Shown: positions 18,417 to 27,160 of the stretch, piece after piece
Numbering within the stretch: the first letter of the stretch is position 1
Layout of the letters: each line of letters starts with the position of its first letter
Source: an uncultured Prevotella sp.
GTDB taxonomy: Bacteria > Bacteroidota > Bacteroidia > Bacteroidales > Bacteroidaceae
Direction: 5' to 3'
Assembly: GCA_963511375.1 (NCBI GenBank)
Contig: CAUPIT010000010.1
Coordinates: 3,073 to 67,072 of the forward strand
DNA length: 64,000 nucleotides
Notes under the pieces: model-generated
The model's database searches: none
What the model was told of the DNA's origin: nothing
Seen by the model: the letters and a program-made list of their open reading frames with translations, nothing else
Made by a program: the position numbers and the translations under genes

Positions 18417-19643
18417 ATGAAAAAATTAATGTTGATGGCTTTGATGGCACTGGGTGCCTCAACGTCTTTTGCCGGCGACAGTGACGCGTTAAAGGCTATC
18501 ATGTCTGCAAAAACATTTGTTGAAGCAGAGAATTTGGTCAAGTCAAATTTGTCACAATTGGCAAACAATGAAGAAAAAGCTAAAGCTTATAATAAGCTAG
18601 TCGACCTTGCTATGCAAAAAGTGAACAAAGAGCAGAGTATCATTGAGAAGAATATGCTTAGTCAACAGCTTAAACAGGGTGAACAGCAACAATATGATAC
18701 TGTGGGGTATTATGATGCACTCTACCACGCAATAAATGCTGGTATTGAAGCAGACAAATACGATATGATGCCCAATGCGAAAGGAAAGGTAAAACCTAAG
18801 TTCCACAAGGTCAATCAAAATCGTTTGTACAACTTACGCCCACAGTTGATTAATGCTGGTCAAGATGCTGGTACTAAGAACGATCAGCAAGGAGCTTTGA
18901 AGAACTTCGGTTTGTATGTATCTTCGTCTCAAGCTAATTTGTTTAAGGATGTCGCCAACAAACCTGCTTATGATCAATATCTTGGAGAGGTGGCGCGTGT
19001 AGCAGCTGTATATGCCTTCCAAGATAAGAAGGTTGATTTGGCAAACCAATATGCAGATGTAGCCTTGCAGGATACAGCAAAGGATGTGCATAAGGAGGCA
19101 TTGAACTTGAAGTCGTATCTCATCACACAAGGGCTCACATCAAAATCAGACTCGTTGAAAGCTATTGAAAGCTTGAAAGAACTGTATGTAAAAGAAAAGG
19201 GCAATGAGCAAGTGTTCAGCGCATTAAGTGCCATGTATAACGGCATGGACAACAAAGAAGAGTTGAATAAATTGGTTGCTTCTAAACTGCAAGAAGATCC
19301 TAACAATTTCAGTGCTTTGGCAATGAAAGCTCAAATTGCAATGAATGCTGGTCAGTGGGATGAAGCTATTGAAGGCTATAAGAAAGCAGTGTCTGTGAAC
19401 GACAAGAACCCACTTGTATACACTTATCTTGGGTTCTGTATCAATTCAAAAGCACAAGGTTTGAATAATGCTGCCGAGCAAAAGAAGCTCTATACAGAAT
19501 CAGTTGGCTATCTGGAAAAAGCTCGTGACCTTGATCCCGATAAGAGTCGTGCAAACTGGAGCTATCCATTATATCAGTGCTATTACTCGCTCTACGGTGC
19601 TGAAGACAGTAGAACGAAGGAAATGGAGAATTTGAATAAATAA
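18417..19643 (+). CDS. Secreted TPR-like repeat protein, paralogue 1
   Basis: It has the signal peptide MKKLMLMALMALGASTSFA and helical-repeat composition. Its C-terminal block ARDLDPDKSRANWSYPLYQCYYSLYG is shared with the next gene. Confidence 0.6.
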   Translation: MKKLMLMALMALGASTSFAGDSDALKAIMSAKTFVEAENLVKSNLSQLANNEEKAKAYNKLVDLAMQKVNKEQSIIEKNMLSQQLKQGEQQQYDTVGYYDALYHAINAGIEADKYDMMPNAKGKVKPKFHKVNQNRLYNLRPQLINAGQDAGTKNDQQGALKNFGLYVSSSQANLFKDVANKPAYDQYLGEVARVAAVYAFQDKKVDLANQYADVALQDTAKDVHKEALNLKSYLITQGLTSKSDSLKAIESLKELYVKEKGNEQVFSALSAMYNGMDNKEELNKLVASKLQEDPNNFSALAMKAQIAMNAGQWDEAIEGYKKAVSVNDKNPLVYTYLGFCINSKAQGLNNAAEQKKLYTESVGYLEKARDLDPDKSRANWSYPLYQCYYSLYGAEDSRTKEMENLNK

Positions 19644-19664
19644 TAATACTATTAATAATCTTAT

Positions 19665-19704
19665 TGTGGAGGATGTATCGTGAGGTATATCCTCCACGTT
19701 TTTA
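19665..19704 (+). terminator. Rho-independent terminator
   Basis: GTGGAGGAT (19665-19673) pairs with ATCCTCCAC (19688-19696) and is followed by GTTTTTAT. Confidence 0.65.
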
Positions 19705-19786
19705 TATGATTGCAAAACTTTATTTATCCCTTAGCAAATTATGTTAAGTTTATTGTAATAAATGTAGAGGATATTAACTTTTTCCG

Positions 19787-19794
19787 TATATTTG
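19787..19794 (+). promoter_or_regulatory. -7 box TATATTTG
   Basis: It matches TAnnTTTG, upstream of the ATG at 19901. Confidence 0.4.
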
Positions 19795-19900
19795 CAGAAG
19801 TAAGAGTTCGATATTCAGAAATTATTCATCACTTTTGCTAAATACATCATCTCACTAGAGATTCTTAAAAGAGCTGATTAATTTATAATAGTTGATTAAT

Positions 19901-21109
19901 ATGAAAAGATTGATACATATTTTCCTTTTACTCATCATAGTTGTTTGTTCAGTACAAGCACAGAGAAAAGATATATCTCAGGCTAGACAATGGATTAAAC
20001 ATGGTAATAATCTGGAAAAAGCAGAAAATTCCATGAGTAATTTGTTGAAAGACTCCACGAACAGAAATAATAAGAAAATATGGATAACACTGTTCGAGGC
20101 TGTCAAAAAGCAGTATGAACAGGGAAATGAAAAGCTGTATTTAGAGCAAAAGTACGATACGGCCAAGTTATTTTCATTGGGAAAGAAAATGTTTGATGTT
20201 TTGCAAGCGTTCGACTCTATTGATGCGACACCCAATAAAAGAGGAGTCATCAAAGTAGAATACAGAGACGAACATGCTCAGTTCTTAAACCAAATCAGAC
20301 CCAACCTTTTCAATGGTGGAGCCTATTTCATGCTGAAGCATAAGTATCAAGAGGCATATAATATGTATGACGCATACATTAATTGTGCGTATCAACCTTT
20401 GTTCAAGAAGTATGATTACATGAAGCGCGACAAGTTGATACCCGAGGCTTCCTATTGGGCAGCCTACAATGCTTACAAGCTCAAGAACCACCAAGCAACC
20501 TTGAAGCACACTCCTTTAGCATTGAAGGATACAACTCACTACGTTTACATGCTACAATATTTGGCGCAAACGTATAAGGAAATGAACGATACAACCTTGT
20601 ACTTAAAGACATTGGAAGAAGGATTCTCATCACATCCTGACTTTCCGTTCTTCTTTCCACGGCTGGTAGACTATTATGTACAGAATCATCGCTTCGACAA
20701 AGCACTGCACGTCATCAATCAAGCTCTATCTGTCGACAGCACCAATCAAATCTATCGCTTTGCGAAGAGTACGGTGTTGCTGAATACAGGACAATATGAC
20801 GAATGTATAGAAATATGTGACGAATTGATTGCAGAGAACGATAGCATGATGGAACCTTATTTAAATGCGGGGCTGGCCTATTTTAATCAAGCTGTTATTT
20901 TGGACAAAGAGTTGCAGGTATCAAAGCAGCATAGACAAATGATTTTAAATGATTATCGTAAGGCTTTGCCCTATCTCGAGCGATACCGACAACTGGCTCC
21001 TGACATGAAAGAGCGTTGGAGCCTTCCACTCTATACTATTTACCTAAATCTGAATATGGGTAAAGAGTTTGATGAGATTGATAAAATTATAAACGCAAAG
21101 AAGGGGTGA
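19901..21109 (+). CDS. Secreted TPR-like repeat protein, paralogue 2
   Basis: It has the signal peptide MKRLIHIFLLLIIVVCSVQA and the C-terminal block YRQLAPDMKERWSLPLYTIYLNLNMG, which parallels the previous gene. The start was moved to the ATG at 19901. Confidence 0.6.
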   Translation: MKRLIHIFLLLIIVVCSVQAQRKDISQARQWIKHGNNLEKAENSMSNLLKDSTNRNNKKIWITLFEAVKKQYEQGNEKLYLEQKYDTAKLFSLGKKMFDVLQAFDSIDATPNKRGVIKVEYRDEHAQFLNQIRPNLFNGGAYFMLKHKYQEAYNMYDAYINCAYQPLFKKYDYMKRDKLIPEASYWAAYNAYKLKNHQATLKHTPLALKDTTHYVYMLQYLAQTYKEMNDTTLYLKTLEEGFSSHPDFPFFFPRLVDYYVQNHRFDKALHVINQALSVDSTNQIYRFAKSTVLLNTGQYDECIEICDELIAENDSMMEPYLNAGLAYFNQAVILDKELQVSKQHRQMILNDYRKALPYLERYRQLAPDMKERWSLPLYTIYLNLNMGKEFDEIDKIINAKKG

Positions 21110-21111
21110 CC

Positions 21112-22431
21112 ATGAGTGTCGATATTAATTTAAACAAACTGGGTATTGATGAATTAAGCCTCATGCAGCAAGAGGCATCTCGGCTCATATTGGGTGGGCA
21201 GGCAGATGTTGTCATCTTGTCTCCTACGGGATCGGGTAAAACATTGGCTTATTTACTGCCGTTGATACAAAAAATAGAGGTATCACGTGATGAGCTGCAA
21301 GCCGTGGTCATCGTGCCAAACAGAGAGTTGGCTCTCCAATCATCAAGCATCTTGAGCACCTTATCAACGTCCGTACGTTCCTACGCTTGTTATGGTGGTC
21401 GACCGACTATGGATGAGCACAAACAGCTGAAGCAGATTCAACCCCAAATCATATTTGCCACGCCTGGCCGACTCAACGATCATCTTAGCAAAGGAAACAT
21501 TGTCACAAGTTCCACACAATATGTCGTGATAGATGAGTTCGACAAATGTCTAGAAATGGGATTCCAGGATGAAATGAAGGAGGTGTTGGCACAACTGCAT
21601 TCAGTCAAACAACGAATACTCCTATCGGCTACAGATGCCGACTCCATCCCAGAGTTTGTCAATGTAAACCGTTTGCAGCGTTTGGATTATCTGGATGAGG
21701 ATAATGCTACAAATCAGATTCAAATCTTTGCTGTATCTAGTCCTGACAAAGATAAATTAGAGACCTTATCCAAGTTGTTACTCACTTTTGACAATCAAAG
21801 TAGTATCGTCTTTGTCAATTACCGAGATAGTGCCGAGCGAATTCATGAATACTTGCAGGAACATAGATTTTCCTCCACGGTCTTCCATGGTGGGCTTGAC
21901 CAAAAACAGCGTGAAGATTCACTCTATCAATTTTCTAATGGTTCTGTCAATGTCTTGGTTAGTACCGACTTGGCCTCTCGTGGACTTGACATTCCCGATG
22001 TAAGTAATATTGTTCATTATCATTTGCCTGAACATGAAGATGGCTACATACATCGAATAGGAAGAACGGCTCGATGGGACAAAAAAGGAAAAAGCTTTCT
22101 CATCATCGGACCAACCGAGAGCATTCCAGAATTTATTTCTGCTGACATCACGAACTTTGACTTTCCTGAACAACTTCCGCTGATTCCCATGGAACCCAAG
22201 ATGGCTACATTATACATTGGGAAAGGAAAGAAAAATAAAATCAGTAAGATGGATGTCGTGGGATTCCTGTGTAAGAAATGCGGTTTGAAATCAACAGAAA
22301 TCGGACGTATCGATGTTAAAGACTATTATGTGTACGTGGCCGTTGTTCGAAATAAGTTGCAACAAGTTCTCCAGTTGTCCAAAGGTGAAAAAATCAAGGG
22401 AATAAAGACTTTGGTAGAGCCAGTTTTATAA
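21112..22431 (+). CDS. DEAD-box-family ATP-dependent RNA helicase with a DbpA-type C-terminal RNA-binding domain
   Basis: Motif I is SPTGSGKT, motif II reads DEFD (VIDEFDK), motif III is LSAT and motif VI is HRIGRTAR. The C-terminal TLYIGKGKKNKISKMDVVGFL...IDVKDYYVYVAV resembles the DbpA RBD. An alternative GTG start at 21106 overlaps the upstream stop. Confidence 0.85.
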   Translation: MSVDINLNKLGIDELSLMQQEASRLILGGQADVVILSPTGSGKTLAYLLPLIQKIEVSRDELQAVVIVPNRELALQSSSILSTLSTSVRSYACYGGRPTMDEHKQLKQIQPQIIFATPGRLNDHLSKGNIVTSSTQYVVIDEFDKCLEMGFQDEMKEVLAQLHSVKQRILLSATDADSIPEFVNVNRLQRLDYLDEDNATNQIQIFAVSSPDKDKLETLSKLLLTFDNQSSIVFVNYRDSAERIHEYLQEHRFSSTVFHGGLDQKQREDSLYQFSNGSVNVLVSTDLASRGLDIPDVSNIVHYHLPEHEDGYIHRIGRTARWDKKGKSFLIIGPTESIPEFISADITNFDFPEQLPLIPMEPKMATLYIGKGKKNKISKMDVVGFLCKKCGLKSTEIGRIDVKDYYVYVAVVRNKLQQVLQLSKGEKIKGIKTLVEPVL

Positions 22432-22544
22432 AAAAAGAGGCTTTGCGCAAAAAAAACGCATTATTATTTTTTTCTTTCAGACTAATGTCGTAAATTAGCC
22501 CCCAAGTAAGACAAACATTTATTTCTACTAACTAATCAATTAAT

Positions 22545-23612
22545 ATGAAAAAGTACAATTTTAATGCAGGTCCATCAATTCTCCCTCGTGAGGTGATTGA
22601 AAACACAGCGAAACAAATTCTCGATTTTAATGGTAGTGGACTCTCTCTGATGGAGATTAGCCACCGTGCAAAAGACTTTCAGCCTGTTGTTGACGAGGCT
22701 GTAGCTTTGATTAAAGAGTTGTTGCAGATACCAGAAGGCTATGCAGTTATCTTCTTAGGTGGTGGTGCATCATTGCAGTTCCACATGGTTCCTAATAACT
22801 TCTTTGTGAAGAAGGCTGCCTACCTGAACACAGGTACATGGGCTAAGAAAGCTTTGAAAGAAGCAAAGTTCTTCGGAGAAATAGTAGAAGTAGCTTCTTC
22901 CGCTGACAAGAACTATTCTTATCTTCCTAAAGGATGGAGCGTACCTGAAGATTGTGATTATTTCCACATTACTTCTAACAACACCATCTACGGTACAGAG
23001 ATTCGCAAAGACTTGGATGTAAAGGTGCCACTCATTGCAGATATGTCATCAGATATATTTAGTCGTCCAATTGATGTTGCTAAATATGCATGCATCTACG
23101 GTGGAGCACAGAAGAACTTGGCTATGGCCGGTGTTACATTCGTTATCGTTAAGGAAGACATGCTGGGCAAGACCGGACGTGAAATACCAACGATGTTGGA
23201 TTATCGCACACACATCGAGAAAGGTTCTATGTTTAACACTCCTCCTGTTGTTCCTATCTATTCAGCTCTTGAAACCTTACGTTGGATTAAAAAGAACGGC
23301 GGTGTAGAAGCTATGGATAAGTTGGCTCACGAAAGAGCAGACTTGTTGTATGCTGAAATCGACAGAAACAAACTGTTCAAGGGTACTGTTGCTGAAGAGG
23401 ATCGCTCATTGATGAACATCTGCTTTATCATGAACGATGAATACAAGGATCTTGAAAAACCATTCTTCGAGTTCGCTACCGAACGTGGTATGGTTGGTAT
23501 CAAGGGACACCGTTCTGTTGGAGGGTTCCGTGCAAGTTGCTACAACGCAATGTGTGTTGATGGTGTGAAAGAGCTGATCGCTTGCATGAAGGAATTCGAA
23601 GACAAACATTAA
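22545..23612 (+). CDS. serC: Phosphoserine aminotransferase
   Basis: [17 protein letters not shown]...[10 protein letters not shown]...[17 protein letters not shown]...[15 protein letters not shown] is the typical SerC sequence. Confidence 0.95.
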   Translation: MKKYNFNAGPSILPREVIENTAKQILDFNGSGLSLMEISHRAKDFQPVVDEAVALIKELLQIPEGYAVIFLGGGASLQFHMVPNNFFVKKAAYLNTGTWAKKALKEAKFFGEIVEVASSADKNYSYLPKGWSVPEDCDYFHITSNNTIYGTEIRKDLDVKVPLIADMSSDIFSRPIDVAKYACIYGGAQKNLAMAGVTFVIVKEDMLGKTGREIPTMLDYRTHIEKGSMFNTPPVVPIYSALETLRWIKKNGGVEAMDKLAHERADLLYAEIDRNKLFKGTVAEEDRSLMNICFIMNDEYKDLEKPFFEFATERGMVGIKGHRSVGGFRASCYNAMCVDGVKELIACMKEFEDKH

Positions 23613-23650
23613 TCAATCACAAACTACACACTAGTTATGATTTACGAATA

Positions 23651-23715
23651 GGCTAAAATAAGGAAATTAGGCGAGCTTAATAATTCAGTTTGCCTGATTC
23701 AACCTTATTTTAGCC
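23651..23715 (+). terminator. Long stem-loop in the serC-serA spacer
   Basis: GGCTAAAATAAGG (23651-23663) forms a perfect 13-bp inverted repeat with CCTTATTTTAGCC (23703-23715). Partial inner pairing (AGGC/GCCT) is also present. Confidence 0.4.
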
Positions 23716-23793
23716 TGTTTGTTTATCAATTCATGCGTAATCACCTCTTGATGTGATTGCGTACTTAATTAACCCATTCAATATTCTAAACAA

Positions 23794-24711
23794 ATGAAAG
23801 TACTTATTGCTACAGAAAAACCTTTTAATGCAAAGGCAGTCGAGGCTATTAAAAAAGAGTTGGAGAGCCAGAATCATTGTGTTGAATTGTTAGAGAAATA
23901 CACTTCTACCGATGAGCTCAAAGAAGCTGTTAAAGATGCAGAGGCGATGATTGTTCGTTCTGATAAAATAACAAAAGAAATCCTTGATGCAGCTCCAAAA
24001 CTTAAAGTTGTTGTTCGTGCAGGCGCTGGTTACGATTCTATCGATACCGCTTATGCCAAAGAAAAAGGTGTAGTGGTAGAAAATACCCCAGGTCAGAACT
24101 CTAATGCAGTAGCCGAATTGGTATTTGGCTTGTTGATTTATATGTCTCGTAGCTGCTTCTCTGGAAAATCAGGTTGTGAGCTGAAAGGTAAGAAGTTAGG
24201 TATCTTGGCTTTCGGTAACATTGGTCGTCATGTAGCTCGCATCGCTAATGGTTTTGGTATGGAGGTATATGGCTTCAGCCGTTCACATGCAGAGAATCCT
24301 AAAAAAGAAGATGGCGTTCAGTTCGTAGCTACCAAAGAAGAACTTTTCAAGCAGTGTGATATTGTCAGTGTACACCTTCCTTCCAATGAACACACAAAAC
24401 AAAGTGTTGGTTACGATGTTGTTAACTTGATGAAGAAGGGTGGCATCTTGGTGAATACAGCTCGCAAGGAAGTTATCAACGAACCAGAATTGTTGCGTTT
24501 AATGGGTGAACGTGAAGATCTTAAATTTGTGACAGACATCAAGCCAGACGCTGATGCAGAATTTGCAAAGTTCGAGGGTCGTTACTTCACTACTCCTAAG
24601 AAGATGGGCGCACAGACTGCAGAAGCCAACGCAAATGCCGGAATTGCTGCCGCACAGCAAATCAATGCTTATTTCAAAGACGGTTGCACAAAATTCCAAG
24701 TTAATAAGTAA
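23794..24711 (+). CDS. serA: D-3-phosphoglycerate dehydrogenase (short D-2-hydroxyacid dehydrogenase type)
   Basis: The NAD-binding motif is GILAFGNIGRHVA. The fold is D-isomer 2-hydroxyacid dehydrogenase-like, and the gene sits next to serC. Confidence 0.8.
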   Translation: MKVLIATEKPFNAKAVEAIKKELESQNHCVELLEKYTSTDELKEAVKDAEAMIVRSDKITKEILDAAPKLKVVVRAGAGYDSIDTAYAKEKGVVVENTPGQNSNAVAELVFGLLIYMSRSCFSGKSGCELKGKKLGILAFGNIGRHVARIANGFGMEVYGFSRSHAENPKKEDGVQFVATKEELFKQCDIVSVHLPSNEHTKQSVGYDVVNLMKKGGILVNTARKEVINEPELLRLMGEREDLKFVTDIKPDADAEFAKFEGRYFTTPKKMGAQTAEANANAGIAAAQQINAYFKDGCTKFQVNK

Positions 24712-24716
24712 TCACC

Positions 24717-25964
24717 ATGGCAACAATCAAACCATTTAAAGGCGTTCGACCTCCAAAAGATTTAGTCGAAGAGGTGGAGTCACGTCCTTACGATGTCTTA
24801 GATTCTGATGAGGCAAGAGAAGAAGCTGGAGATAATGAGAAAAGTTTGTATCACATTATAAAACCAGAAATCGATTTCGAGCCAGGAACATCTGAATATG
24901 ACCCACGCGTCTATGAGCAAGCTGCCAAGAACTTTAAGAAGTTTCAAGAGAAAGGTTGGCTCAAGCAAGACGAACACGAAAACTACTATATCTATGCCCA
25001 AACCATGAATGGTAAAACACAGTATGGATTGGTAGTAGGTGCTTATTGCCAAGATTATCTCAATGGGGTTATTAAGAAGCATGAATTGACTCGAAGAGAT
25101 AAAGAAGAAGACAGAATGAAGCATGTACGGGTATGTGATGCCAACATAGAACCTGTTTTCTTTGCTTATCCCGACAATCAAACGCTTACGTCATTGATTG
25201 AGCGGTATGCTTCAGAAAAGCCTGAATACGACTTCATTGCTCCTATTGACGGTTTCAGACATCAGTTCTGGGTAATCTCCGATGCAAAGGATATAGAAAC
25301 CATTACCGCTGAATTTAAGAAGATGCCAGCCTTGTATATTGCTGACGGTCACCATCGTTCTGCAGCTGCTGCATTGGTTGGGGTTGAAAAATCAAAAGCC
25401 AATCCTAATCATACGGGTCATGAAGAATATAACTATTTCATGGCTGTATGCTTCCCAGCATCTCAGTTAACCATTTTAGATTATAATAGAGTGGTGAAGG
25501 ATTTGAACGGAATGTCATCAGAAGAGTTCCTAAAAGCTTTGGAGAAAAACTTTGATGTAACAGAGAAAGGTACGAAGAGTTACAAGCCACAGCAGTTGCA
25601 TGAATTCTCTTTATATCTTGGCGGAAAGTGGTATAGCTTGAAAGCAAAACCGGGAACATACGACGACAACGATCCAATTGGTGTGTTGGATGTAGATATT
25701 TCTTCTCGATTGATACTCGATGAATTGCTTGAAATCAAGGATTTACGTTCAGACAAGCGTATTGATTTCGTTGGTGGTTTGCGTGGCTTGGAAGAGCTTG
25801 AACGTCGAGTAGACAGTGGAGAAATGAAGATGGCACTGGCTCTTTATCCTGTTTCCATGCAGCAGATTATGGATATTGCTGACTCTGGAAAGATTATGCC
25901 ACCAAAAGCTACTTGGTTTGAACCCAAACTGCGTAGTGGATTGGTGATACACAAACTGTCATGA
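24717..25964 (+). CDS. DUF1015 family protein
   Basis: IKPFKGVRP...RPYDVL at the N-terminus and the YIADGHHRSAAA motif are DUF1015 hallmarks (family name from memory). Confidence 0.8.
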   Translation: MATIKPFKGVRPPKDLVEEVESRPYDVLDSDEAREEAGDNEKSLYHIIKPEIDFEPGTSEYDPRVYEQAAKNFKKFQEKGWLKQDEHENYYIYAQTMNGKTQYGLVVGAYCQDYLNGVIKKHELTRRDKEEDRMKHVRVCDANIEPVFFAYPDNQTLTSLIERYASEKPEYDFIAPIDGFRHQFWVISDAKDIETITAEFKKMPALYIADGHHRSAAAALVGVEKSKANPNHTGHEEYNYFMAVCFPASQLTILDYNRVVKDLNGMSSEEFLKALEKNFDVTEKGTKSYKPQQLHEFSLYLGGKWYSLKAKPGTYDDNDPIGVLDVDISSRLILDELLEIKDLRSDKRIDFVGGLRGLEELERRVDSGEMKMALALYPVSMQQIMDIADSGKIMPPKATWFEPKLRSGLVIHKLS

Positions 25965-26551
25965 TATCAGACGAATACAAGACAATATCACAAAAAGTAG
26001 GCGAGGGATTTTACTCTGAGAAGAGGAGTAAATTCCTCGCCTTTGCGCATCATGTAACGTCTGAAGACGAAATAAAATCAATCTTGCAGGCGTACAAGAA
26101 AAAATATTATGACGCCCGACACTGTTGCTACGCATATATGCTGGGGGCTGAACGTGTTAACTTCAGGGCGAATGATGACGGAGAACCGTCGAGTACCGCA
26201 GGCAAACCGATACTGGGACAAATCAATTCCTTCGAGTTAACCGACATTTTAATAGTTGTAATCCGCTATTTTGGTGGTACCAAGTTGGGTACCAGTGGAC
26301 TTATTGTCGCCTACCGGTCAGCGGCCGCGGCAGCCATTGAGGCATCACAGATAGAGGTAAAACTGGTAGAAGAAACCATCACCTACACATTTTCCTATCC
26401 CATGATGAACCAGGTGATGAGAATTGTGAAAGAGATGCAGCCTCGAATCGTTTCACAAACTTTTGACAACACCTGTAGTATCACGCTGGCCATTCGTCAA
26501 TCTAAGGCCGAACGTTTGAAGAACGCTCTTCACAAGTTGTCGTTTGAATGA
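25961..26551 (+). CDS. yigZ: YigZ / IMPACT-family protein
   Basis: SEKRSKFLAF, ARHCCYAY, DDGEPSSTAGKPIL and VVIRYFGGTKLGTSGL are present. An ATGA overlap links it to the upstream gene. Confidence 0.85.
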   Translation: MISDEYKTISQKVGEGFYSEKRSKFLAFAHHVTSEDEIKSILQAYKKKYYDARHCCYAYMLGAERVNFRANDDGEPSSTAGKPILGQINSFELTDILIVVIRYFGGTKLGTSGLIVAYRSAAAAAIEASQIEVKLVEETITYTFSYPMMNQVMRIVKEMQPRIVSQTFDNTCSITLAIRQSKAERLKNALHKLSFE

Positions 26552-26678
26552 TAAATACGCCCATCGGCAACTATGATAAATCCGGTGGCTCATATCCTGC
26601 CGACTTTGGTTGTCACATTCCTATTTTTTTTCTAAATAGCATATCCATGTAATCACCCATGTAACGCTTATGTAAGAG

Positions 26679-26755
26679 CATTGACTTTGGCGGGCAATGT
26701 CATTGAGTTTGCGCTCTTATTCGCATGCTATTGGCTTACAAAGTCAATGGGTTTG
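26679..26755. repeat. Three copies of the CAAAGTCAWTGRGTTTG family
   Basis: Copies are CATTGACTTTG at 26679-26689 (minus orientation), CAATGTCATTGAGTTTG at 26695-26711 (+) and CAAAGTCAATGGGTTTG at 26739-26755 (+). Confidence 0.65.
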
Positions 26756-26947
26756 TAACGCGTTGGTTGATAAATTGTTGACCGACATATCTTCATGACT
26801 TTTATTGGATAGCGAAGGCTGGCCACACAGCATTGAAAACTTGTACTTATAACCAATTAGAAGAGCTGTTGCAATGACGTGCGTTACAATTATGAAAGAA
26901 TTGTTTGAAAATGTATTTGATAAACAGAAAGTGTCAAAAAAATGTGC

Positions 26948-26955
26948 TATCTTTG
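26948..26955 (+). promoter_or_regulatory. -7 box TATCTTTG at the left edge of the 66-bp tandem array
   Basis: It matches TAnnTTTG. The CTTTGCATAAG part recurs at the start of each repeat unit. Confidence 0.4.
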
Positions 26956-27089
26956 CATAAGTTGGGCGTCGCCTCACCAAAACAAGTAAACTTGCTTTGC
27001 ATTCGGCTTGCGCCAACTTTGCATAAGTTGGGCGTCGCCTTAACAAAACAAGTAAACTTGCTTTGTATTCGGCTCGCACCAACTTTGCA
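26951..27089 (+). repeat. Tandem repeat of 2 full 66-bp units plus a 7-bp start of a third
   Basis: Unit 1 (26951-27016) and unit 2 (27017-27082) differ at 5 of 66 positions. CTTTGCA recurs at 27083. Confidence 0.9.
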
Positions 27090-27160
27090 AATGCTGAAGT
27101 AGGTAATTTTAGAAGAATTATACTCCATTCAGGAGTGACTCAACAACAATAAGGTAATAT

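Noticed and set aside
26744-27128. ORFs of 112, 65 and 64 aa across the 66-bp tandem repeat
   Set aside because: Their sequences simply repeat with the DNA period (…RRRPTYAK…AECKASLLVL… twice). ORFs are open on both strands, so these are artefacts of the repeat rather than genes.
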